A stretch of DNA of 57,498 nt, filler included, from Squatina squatina (taxonomy: Eukaryota), in NCBI GenBank assembly GCA_031763465.1. It is 3 parts of 3 records of this genome, joined end to end, with 100 filler letters (N's around TTAATTAATTAA, not from the genome) between each part and the next. Parts side by side here need not be neighbours in the genome. Positions count along the whole stretch, not along the records: positions 29,736 to 57,498 come from JARFOE010000194.1; 2 more parts are not named here. The stretch is one strand, 5' to 3'. A program made the position numbers and the translations under genes. Shown here in pieces: positions 47,245 through 57,498 of the stretch (positions are counted from its first letter, which is position 1; every line of letters starts with the position of its first letter). The notes under the pieces were generated by a model. The model saw only the letters and a list, made by a program, of their open reading frames with translations. It was not told the DNA's origin and ran no database searches.

Positions 47245-49346
47245 CTTTCCTAAGTCAGGCTGCAGTAAGGTGTCAGTCTCAAAGTGGGTGTCAGATCCGG
47301 CACAAAAAGTCTCGCTGAAAACTTACTGTCACTTATCTGCCAGAGCAGAATGCACTTGGTATACTTTGCAGCACTTGCTGTGGGTCTCCCCCTTCGTGTC
47401 ACTCTGCCTCCCTGGATAAGAGCTGACTGTTAACAGGCTGGCTTGTTTGCTCCGAGAGTAAGCTGTGACTGCCTAGGGGAAGAGCAAACTAATTTCTTCT
47501 GCCTCAGTACAACATTGTATTCCATGTCAGTGCACCAGTCAGGAGAGGAATCGACAACAGAACAACTGTCCTCTTGTACATGAAACCAAGACACAACCAG
47601 CAATACCAGCATACAAAGATCATAGGGTCAATACTTCATGTGTACCTCACAGTAAGGACTTTGTTTTATTCCACTTTTATTGATACTAATGTGTGGATGT
47701 TCCGATAAATAGTCGTAGCACCATTGTTAATTACAGTAATCTTTAATTTAAATCATACCAGTTTCATCTGGTGAAATTTATTACCAGTTGTAATTANNNN
47801 NNNNNNNNNNNNNNNNNNNNNNNNNNNNNNNNNNNNNNNNNNNNNNNNNNNNNNNNNNNNNNNNNNNNNNNNNNNNNNNNNNNNNNNNNNNNNNNNATAT
47901 CCTGCACCATGCAGATGGAACTCCTGCCTATCTTCTGACAGCATTATTTAAATTTTTGACGATGTCAGTCTCCTCTGATATTGCCGAGAATAAGTCCTAC
48001 TGCCCAACACTTAGGTCAGAATTTCCAGAACGTGATGTTTTAGTCGAGATTTTTTGAATTGCGTTATTTTAATGCGAGTGCTAACCTATTCATTTTAAAT
48101 GGGCAACTGCCGGCATTCAACTAATAATCAGAAAACACAGGCTTTCATTTCATTTTAACAGTAAAGCCTAGAAATTACTGTTGGCAATATGTGTGGAAGA
48201 ATACTTAACATGTTCTTATTACACTCCTTTGTCAATTGCTTTCGCAAAGATGTTAATCTATTTTTAAAAAACACATTAAAGCCTGCAGTAAAATAGTGGA
48301 AAAGGAATGTCATTTCAACAAATCAAACATTGATCTGCTGCTAAAGTCAATAATAATTTCTGCCTTAAATTATTTAGTTAGTAAAGCAACATTTGAAGAC
48401 TTTTCTTCTCTCTATATTAACTGCTAATAGCAATGGCTAATGTTCATCTCACAGAGTTTAAAAGAACACTTACAAAGCAGAAAAGAACCATTTTCTTGTA
48501 AAACTTATAGTTCAAGTCTTTGCTTTTTATTACATGTGTTCTTTAAACTGATTACTTCTTAAATTTGTTCTTTTCTTGCAAATTGCTCTCCACTATGTAT
48601 CACTCTCGCGCCAAAACAATGCCTTGTTGCAGACTCCCCTTTAGCCCTATGGTCTGTTGTGTAATTCAAGCTGAGCAAGATGTGCAATGTCCTGGATGAA
48701 CCCATCATCCCTGCAGCAGTTGACTCAGCACACTCAACTGTGGTGGTAAGCAAAGTTTGTATGATGCGCAGTCCTGTAACGTGAGCTCATTACTTTCTGG
48801 TGGAGTGCCAAGGGTTCTAGTATTTCTCCTGCCAGGCTATTGTTGCTCTATTTGCTGCTGCAGCAGAGACGAACATTTGGATTTCTTTGGAAGATCGCCA
48901 GATTGGCTCCTCATGGCCACACCACTGTCAGAGACTGTGCATAATAAACACTTGACCACTAGAAATTGGACCACTCTGACTAGATACAAAATCCTGATTG
49001 GAGAACTTCACGAATGAAGGCTTAACTGGCTTCTGCTGCATTCCTGTTGTCCGTTAACTTTACAGAGATGAAAATAGGCAGTCTCACTGACAGATACATT
49101 TTTGAAACCAAACTCATTGTCCAGCAGAATATTGTGAGAAGTAGCCTCAGGTAGCAGCCTGAAAAATGACTAGGGTGTAGAGCTTTTGGTGGGAAAACAG
49201 CCCTGGTCCTGTTAATGTATAATTGGAAATATTTCTGGTGCTTCCACAATTTGATATTGGCAAATCAATGGGACAGCACGGCAGCAGCAAGGGAGTCAAG
49301 GGTGAGGGCAGAGAGGCACTGCTGCATGTATTTTAACAGACATATT

Positions 49347-49569
49347 GGGGCTGAAATTGCGGTTGGAGGCTTCCTGCGTATGGATGCCTCTGACCATAAA
49401 TATTTCTATGAACTTACCTGAGGTTCCGGTAGCCACATAAATTTGCCTTCTTCTTCCTCCATAGTTAGGCAAGCGCAGCAGTCCACAGATCTCCCCAGCG
49501 TATGCACATCGGAGCTACTGGTCAGATCACGTGGGAGGCCCCAAACAATCAGGTAGGAGTCTCTCCCAT
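49347..49569. mobile_element. Left end of a MITE-like element, same family as 27812-28115
   Basis: Terminus GGGGCTGAAATTGCGGTTGGAGGCTTCCT. Confidence 0.65.
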
Positions 49570-52511
49570 NNNNNNNNNNNNNNNNNNNNNNNNNNNNNNN
49601 NNNNNNNNNNNNNNNNNNNNNNNNNNNNNNNNNNNNNNNNNNNNNNNNNNNNNNNNNNNNNNNNNNNNNCTCTCCTGTAACAGTTACACAAGAACCATTC
49701 TTCTGCAGTTCCTGACAGACCAATAAGCCAGAATATGCAAGTCTGAAGATCTCTGTCCACTTCAGAAAGCATTATTGAACAATCTCTGCCTGCCCTTGTC
49801 AGCCACCGTATTAACTGCCAATTCACTGTGAAAGCTTGTTTATGAATTGATGGATCTGGCAGGCTTCATTTTCTTGCAAGTGTTTGTTAAAACTACTGAC
49901 TAATGCTTGTAGGTTATAAAAAGAATACCTCAGGAGCACAGAAGTATGTGGGTGGTAAAGCTGTGAAGATTTCCCTGCCGTCAATTTATGTACATAAATG
50001 TGATCAGAAAACTAATTTTAAAAATGTATATGACTAATATTCATAGGAAACACTGCTTTCCTTGAATTATTTATATCAAAGGTCAACTGACAAGGTTGAA
50101 AAGTTTTGCATAATTGTGAGTAAGAGCTGTGTATGGTAATAACAGTAATTTTTCCTAGTTAAAATGTTTAACGTCAATGTGATTTCCTTGCTTTCCTCCT
50201 TGGTGATGGTTGCCAAGTGGGTGTTGGTGTGTAATCTCTCATATATAATGGTAGCGATCATGGGGACAGCTTTTTAGCACAGGCAATTGAGTGTGTGCAT
50301 CCCAGCCAGCTGGATCATTCGTTTGAGCACTAAAGTTGCATGTTATTCTTTGTCTGCCTGTTACCCGTGAGAGAAGGCTATTCTNNNNNNNNNNNNNNNN
50401 NNNNNNNNNNNNNNNNNNNNNNNNNNNNNNNNNNNNNNNNNNNNNNNNNNNNNNNNNNNNNNNNNNNNNNNNNNNNNNNNNNNNAGCTTAGCATCAGGAT
50501 AGAGCGCTGGTCTTCCGTAGTCCCTCGGTGATTGTTAACTTTGTATTGTATTGAATATTAGTTTGAAAGGGTTTAATAAACTTCCCATTCTTGCCTTGAA
50601 CTCTGCAACACTGTGTCGAGTGTGTTCATCTGTGTTTCTCTCCCGAAACATCCTTACACCTAAGAGTCCTTGTCCCAAGAACCCCCGACGGCTCTCTGCC
50701 TCTCCATAAAGGTACGAGTGTCCGGGCCGCTGTCGATCGCACGCCAGGCCCTGAGAGAGGTGTGTGTGGTGTGTGTTACCTACAGGGTTATGTCGCTTTA
50801 TTCCTGATAAATGTGACATGAACGATCTCTTCATTTGCTGGTTTTCTTCGAGGAAATTACTACTTGTGAGAATTCATAACACTAAGCAGAGGAGCTGCGG
50901 AAACAGTTCTGTGAAGATGTCCCCTCGGTGCTGACTGGGCAACAGCTCTTAATATTCACATATCAGAGAAACTCGACAGCTTTTTGATGGTGATGATAAA
51001 AGATTATAGTAATCTCTTTTTTTGTTTGTTAATTCAAAGAGCCAGGTCACCTCCCCAGCTGGTAGAACATTGTCTATTTTGAATGATCAATTCAGAATGA
51101 AGACACAGTACAAAAAAATCTCCATCAGCGACTGCAATAGTCAGAACATCAATGGTAAATCCTTACATACTCTCCCTTTTTATTCTCTATCCTTTGGTTT
51201 TTCATGGTTCCCAGGGTAGCTCGCGACTTAATTATGTTGAAGTGTACAGCATACCTTGCCAGCTCTTATCCAGAACAGCAATATGGTTTGAAGGCATGGT
51301 ATGGGTGCACTATCCTGCCTCTTGTGCACCCAGGAGACTTGAAGTACCAATGAGATTTTCTATCTATTTAGATTAGGAAGTCTGAAATTACACCTTTTTG
51401 AATCCAAAGCAGAAAATAATTTGCGCACTAAGTAAATTGAATACAGTGGATAGATATCTAGGGGCGGCCAATTCGCAATTTTTGCGTTTGGACACTAAGC
51501 GCCGAATTTAGCGCTGAAAGTGAGACTCTTAGAAAATTTTCAGTGATGCCCTCAATTAGCCNNNNNNNNNNNNNNNNNNNNNNNNNNNNNNNNNNNNNNN
51601 NNNNNNNNNNNNNNNNNNNNNNNNNNNNNNNNNNNNNNNNNNNNNNNNNNNNNNNNNNNNNGTGCATTTAGCTCTATTTACAAGTTCTTGCCTACCAAGG
51701 GACTAGAATTATAGGCCCATATAGTTCCAGGTTTTTAACCAGTCAGTAGAGGCCATTTTAAAATAAACTTGAGTCATATTTAAAAGGTGGTGAAATCCTT
51801 GGATAAACTTTTCATTTGTTTCATATGATAGCCCTAAATTATAGCCCTAACTTCCATCATAAGTACACAAGAGAAATGGAATGGGATTTAAGTTTACATC
51901 TATCAACCAATTCAATTAAAAAGACTCAGCACAGCCCAGTCACCAGTTTCCCTTGACAACAATTTAAATCTTTCCTACAACAGAACTCTGCAACTTCTTG
52001 CTATCTTTTTAGCCATATTTCAGAAGGCACTGAGAGGGAACGCAATCATTTCTCCTGAGAATTTTACTAGAATTCTCAATTCTTAATTATTGATTGCATA
52101 TCATAACAAAATTGATCATCCAAATAATGGAAAGCAACTTGAAGAATTTTGTGTCTCTCACAAATGATTAAAAAGTATTTGACTTTGAAAAAATCAACTC
52201 AAAACGTCAACCCAAAGTACTGTGAAATTGCATCGCGTATCACAATAATTTTACTTTGAATAATTTATTTTGGCGTCATTCATAATTGTGCAAAAACAGG
52301 TTGAAATGTACAAACTTATTGATAATTACTATTTCTCAAACTTTCAAGTTCCATGAAGTCATCCAGAATAAGCTTATAATAAAAAAATCTTTAAACCAAT
52401 CAGAAAGTTCCTATTCGTAAACAATTCTACAGGTTGCACAAATGATCAGTTTGCACGGCCAGTGTTCGAGGACCCCGCTGGTCATGTACACTGGTAAAAT
52501 GAGCCCGATGT

Positions 52512-52685
52512 GCTCGTTGACCTACAATGGATCCCAGACTGACAGTGCCCCAATTTAAAAATTCTCGCCCTTGTTTTCAAATTCCTCCATGACCTCGACC
52601 CTCCCCATCTCTGTAATCTCCTCCAGCCCTACAAACCTCCAAGATATCTGCCATCCTCCAAATCTGGCCTCTTGCGCAGCCTTGA
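52512..52685 (+). mobile_element. L2-clade LINE ORF2 C-terminal fragment
   Basis: LVDLQWIPD*QCPNLKILALVFKFLHDLDPPHLCNLLQPYKPPRYLPSSKSGLL follows the L2 pattern LHWLP...FKI...LAPxYL...RxLRS. Confidence 0.8.
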
Positions 52686-52915
52686 NNNNNNNNNNNNNNN
52701 NNNNNNNNNNNNNNNNNNNNNNNNNNNNNNNNNNNNNNNNNNNNNNNNNNNNNNNNNNNNNNNNNNNNNNNNNNNNNNNNNNNNNTGCAATCACCCTATC
52801 TTAATTTACATTTCCAGGGCCAGCGCTGCTATTGGCAGTGCTGAGGCCCTCACCAAAATTTTTCTCCAGAATTCCGGCGGTAACTCGTGGCAGTAAGTAG
52901 CCCAATTTCTGGGCC

Positions 52916-53322
52916 ATAGAGTACAAAAGCAAGGAAGTTATGCTAAACCTTTTGAAAACACTGGCTTAGGGCCCAGCTGAGTATTGTAGCCAATTCTGGA
53001 CACCACACTTAAGGAAGGATGTTAAGGCCTCAGAGCAGATGCAGAGGAAATTTACTAGAATGGTATCAGGGATGAAAGGTTTCAGTGATGTGGTGAAACT
53101 AGATAAACTGGAGTGGTTCTCCTTAGAGCAGAGAAGGTTAAGGTAAGGATTGAGAGGTGTGCACAATCTTGAAGGGTTTGATAAGAGTAAATAAAGAGAA
53201 ACTGTGTCCCGTGGCAGAAGGTTCGGTAACCAGAGGACATGGATTTAAGGTAATTGGCAAAAGAACCAAAAGTGACATGAGGAAAAGAAAATGTTACGCA
53301 GCGAGTTGTTATGATCTAGAAT
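52916..53322 (+). mobile_element. CR1 ORF2 C-terminal fragment, degenerate
   Basis: IEYKSKEVMLNL...EYCSQFWTPHLRKDVKASEQMQRKFTRMVSGM...FSLEQRRLR...SVTRGHGFKVIGKR. Confidence 0.88.
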
Positions 53323-56300
53323 NNNNNNNNNNNNNNNNNNNNNNNNNNNNNNNNNNNNNNNNNNNNNNNNNNNNNNNNNNNNNNNNNNNNNNNNNNNNNN
53401 NNNNNNNNNNNNNNNNNNNNNNTGTGCTGCAAAATGATCATGGGCAAAAATGTCTCCAATATAAACTATTTGTCAAACACCTCTATCTGAACAATGGCAA
53501 AATTCTCCACTTAAATATTTTAAAATATTCAGAATAACACGGCCAGCTATGATTTCTACATTGATCACAGGGAATCTAAAATCCTAACCAAGTTATGAGG
53601 TATAATCATTCATAATTCATTAAGATACAAAAAGGATTTTTTCTGATTATGTTAAATGCGTGACATTTTCAATTTTCATCTGTTTCCTTGCCAAAAAACA
53701 CACTCTTGTGTGATGAGGCTCACCAAGGTAAATCATAAAAGCATCAGGACCATTCCAATAACTACATGTAGTCTATAAAATCACGTCAATTCATATTGTA
53801 CTGGATCTAATCTGCTTACAATTAGGGAACAACGATGATACACACTTATTATACTATTCTGAATCATCAATATATTGTTGATTAAACAGTTCATTTTAAA
53901 TTTCACATCAAACTACATCTTCTCAATAGCCAAGATGATTATATATTAGAATTGTCCAAGGAAAATGTGAGGCATACTAATACTATTAATAAAATGTTTT
54001 ACATTTACAAAACTAATGTAAAGAAGCAAATTTCTCATTTGGAATTTTCAGGGAAGTAATGCTTTCAAAGGCAGAATTTGAAGCCCCAATAATGGGAGGC
54101 ACATTACAAGGAACTTTGGTTTAGATATGCAATTTTTTGTCTACAACTAATTAAGCAGCTATATAAATGTGCTATTTGGGAAGATATGCAAAGTTCTGAT
54201 TTCTTCATCATTTCAACTAGAAATTCTAGGTCACATTGATTAGTACAATGCACTTTCACCTATAAGGCCTGGCTTTAGATTAGTCCAGACTGACATACTT
54301 AGTTGGAGAGAGTCTCAATCTAAGGATTGTAAGTGAAATTGAGTATGGTAAATCTCAAGTTCTAATGATTGAAGTTCCACAGCATAATTCAGTACAAACT
54401 CGTACTCTCGCTCAGAGCTCATAAGGCTGGCTCAGGTATTAAAAACAGAAACCTAGACATTAGCATAGTTATAAAAGAATTGTTAACTGATCAAAAAAGT
54501 ACAAAATTATACAAAGATTTGAAATGTTAGCATTTGAATTATACAGTACAAAATGGTAATGACTTTCCACATTCTACATTCCAACTAATGGGGGAGGGGG
54601 CAAGAATCACGAGAAACAGACTTCTGGGTTCATGCATTAGCTACAACAGTGTATATGAAGCCAGTGTCAACGCAAAAAGATACTGCCAGAAGTGGGATGT
54701 GAAGGAAAATGCACATAGACGACAACCAGACTTAAAAAGAGCATCTCACTTGCAGTCCTTCCAGTGCATGTTTTCCACNNNNNNNNNNNNNNNNNNNNNN
54801 NNNNNNNNNNNNNNNNNNNNNNNNNNNNNNNNNNNNNNNNNNNNNNNNNNNNNNNNNNNNNNNNNNNNNNNNNNNNNNGTGTACCTTGGTAACTAAAAAA
54901 AGTGTGATCATATTTATTATACTATTTGTTTTATTTCACAGAACTTGAAGAGCAAGTAAACAAAACCTCTTATTCTCAGTTAGTTACTTACTGTATTTTT
55001 GCCTCCACAACCCAATATGCATTTGCAGCACTTGCTAAAGATGCAATAATGTATTTATTCTGCACTCCTCCCTCCTCAAAATCTTCCATTTGGTTTCAGA
55101 GTTTTTTCCCTTCCCACTTGCATCCCACGGTAGATTTAGAGTTTGCTGAAGCTGCCATTGGTGTATCACTGCCAAAGGAATTCCCCACCCCGCAAGCTAC
55201 CGAGTGTTCAATAACCAGCACCTGAACAGTTAATTATTTCCTAACTGGTTGGTTGGCTGCTTGCCTGATGGACTTTAGCCACTGACCAAGGTCAGCGCCA
55301 GAATTCCTCAAACACCACTTCTGATCCTATTGCAGACATTAACACTCTTCAGCATCACAAAAAAACCTGATTTGCAACAACATTATGCACTCAGAATTTT
55401 TATTTAATGGTTAAAGCTGCACTAAAAGGTGAAACAAAATTAAATCTCAATTTTTTGCACCCAATCAAAATGCAGTATCAAGATGTTTTATTTGAAGCCC
55501 AACACACACATGTAAGTTTAGAAAAAAATCCAAGTAAGTTGTGAAGCACAGATGCTCCTTAATTTTAATATTGTAAAAATATTTCTATATAAAGTAATGG
55601 TGTTACATATCAACATGGGAAAAATTATTGAACTCCACCATAATTATATGGTAATCACAGGATGCTGAATAAATGTCAGCTGCTTTAACAGTTTGATGGG
55701 ATCCGAATAGCTTGTTTTTTAAAAAAAATGTTTTCGCACATGAGCCTGTTTCTTACCTGAGAGGAGCACGAGTTTTCTTTTCCATATTCTTTGACTCCTC
55801 CGCACATTTATTATCAGCTTTTTGCCATGAACTGTTACCATCTAAGATGGAGGAGGAAATTGGGGACGTTAGCTTTTCAGTTCTGGGTTGTACAGATTCT
55901 TTACTAATACTAAATATTTACAAGCATCAGAAACCAAAACTAAAATCAAAAGTATTGACAAGAGGGTGGAACAGTGACTTAGAGTGGCAGGCCCATGAAA
56001 TTTGTACTAGTCATTTCTCCTCCTAACTCTTGCTGATCTCAGCTACACCATGGTAATGGAGCTGTGTGGATGCCAGCGCTTCTCTCAGTGGAGGGAGAGG
56101 GGAAGAAAAAGTTCAAGACCTACTCTGACCACTCGTGTGTGTCTCTAGCATCTGGTAGAAGAGTAGCCTACCTATCCTCTTAACCACCGATGGTGCGTGG
56201 TTATATTTGAGGTTTCCTACCTCAAACCTGAATCTCTTTGTTGAATTAGNNNNNNNNNNNNNNNNNNNNNNNNNNNNNNNNNNNNNNNNNNNNNNNNNNN

Positions 56301-56422
56301 NNNNNNNNNNNNNNNNNNNNNNNNNNNNNNNNNNNNNNNNNNNNNNNNNAAGATAATACATTTCCTCTGCACACATCCAGTTTCTTCCACTGAAAATAAA
56401 ATAAAAATTGTCAAAGCCTTAC

Positions 56423-56522
56423 CAAACAGTCGCAAAAGATGCTGAGCTCCATAGATGTACGAGGGCGCAGGAGGCTGTTCAGTCAGTGGATAATTATCTG
56501 GCATCATTTTCCAAGACAAAAC
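56423..56522 (-). CDS. MSL3: MSL3 exon (MRG domain)
   Basis: Acceptor ttggtttgatag and donor gtaagg bound a 100-nt exon: [33 protein letters not shown] (human [32 protein letters not shown]). Confidence 0.94.
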
Positions 56523-56974
56523 CTATCAAACCAACACAAAAATCACATTCATTTGCTTTTAAAAGTCAAAGCAACAAAATTCAACAGATTAAAGTCAATT
56601 CCAATGCACTCCTACATTCCTAATCCAATCAACAGCACATCGTTATATTTTACAGCTAAATGCTTCCCAATCTACTTCGTCACATTCAAAATTCAGTTTA
56701 CTAAATCTTAAACATCAATCCATTGCCAAATCTAACCTAACAGCCCATTTTAGGACTCCATTGTTTTTGCAAAAATAAATTTAAGTGAAAAAGTGAAATA
56801 TTAACATTCCAGTTGCTTTTCTATAACAAAACTAAATAGTTTACACCAATACTAAAAAATGTTCCCAATTTTGTATATTTCTTCAAAAAATTAGAAATTA
56901 GAATTACATGGCAATTCAAAGACCAGAAACGGGCACCTTGCAGTTGCCTCTAGTCCTCCGAATTATTTAACAAC

Positions 56975-57120
56975 CTTCTATTTTTGTATCATCTGCAAAT
57001 CTGGACACCATTCACTCTAGCCCTATATCCAAATCATTAATGAGAACACTGAACAGAAGTAATCATAGAATAAAACCCTGTGGAACACCACTACCCACTT
57101 CCAACTACTCTGACAAACTG
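56975..57120 (-). mobile_element. Old CR1 RT fragment
   Basis: The minus strand reads EVGSGVPQGFIL*LLLFSVLINDLD...SRFADDTK. Confidence 0.8.
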
Positions 57121-57180
57121 TCCTTAAACTTTGAGGGTAATTTTAATCCCAAAGTACAGGTGGGCTGGGGTTGGGTGAAC

Positions 57181-57498
57181 ACAGAAACAGGATTCAGCCA
57201 CTGATCACCTCGAGCTTGTTCCACCATTCAATGAGATCATGGCTGATCTGTGACCTAACTCTGTATACCCACCTTTGGCCCATATCCCTTAGTACCTTTG
57301 GTTAACAAAACGCGATCAATCTCCGATATAAAATTAACAATTGATCCAGCATCAATTGCCATTTGCAGAAGAGAGTTCCAAACTTCTACCACCTTTTGTG
57401 TGTATTAATGTTTCCAGATTTCATTCCTGAAAGGTCTGGTTCTAATTTTTAGATTATGGCCCCCAGTCCTAGAATCCCCAACTAGCAGAAATAGTTTC
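57181..57498 (-). mobile_element. CR1/HER1-type 3' end, continuing beyond the window
   Basis: CTCGAGCTTGTTCCACCATTCAATGAGATCATGGCTGATCTG...CCATATCCCTT...GAGAGTTCCAAACTTCTACCACC. Confidence 0.85.

Noticed and set aside
54992-55222. Minus-strand exon-like segment (ttcag acceptor to gtaagt donor)
   Set aside because: All three frames hit a stop between the sites, so it cannot be an internal coding exon. A non-coding exon is not excluded.

Overview
This is eukaryotic DNA from a vertebrate, almost certainly a cartilaginous fish, judged by HER1/CR1-type LINE tails, a SacSINE1-like DeuSINE and Penelope-like elements. It comes from a fragmented draft assembly. Two identical artificial 100-nt linkers (N44-TTAATTAATTAA-N44 at 12809-12908 and 29636-29735) split the window into three unrelated scaffolds. 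Scaffold 1 (1-12808) has four BAIAP2L1/IRTKS exons and one TECPR1 exon, all on +. Scaffold 2 (12909-29635) has four consecutive, in-phase exons of an NPAS3/NPAS1-subfamily bHLH-PAS gene on +. Scaffold 3 (29736-57498) has one MSL3 exon and the canonical first coding exon of FRMPD4 on -, plus several candidate alternative 5' exons. The rest is intronic or intergenic DNA rich in CR1, L2, Penelope, SINE and GC-rich MITE-like fragments, plus a 31-bp minisatellite. Most ORFs in the supplied track are noise or span N gaps. I found no convincing wholly new biological system. The best leads are a near-intact Penelope-type minimal hammerhead ribozyme motif on the sense strand of an NPAS intron, a set of phase-2 alternative first exons of FRMPD4, the uncertain paralog identity of the NPAS gene, and a diverse MITE family with shared termini. 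Gene identifications come from my recall of vertebrate protein sequences and need BLAST confirmation.
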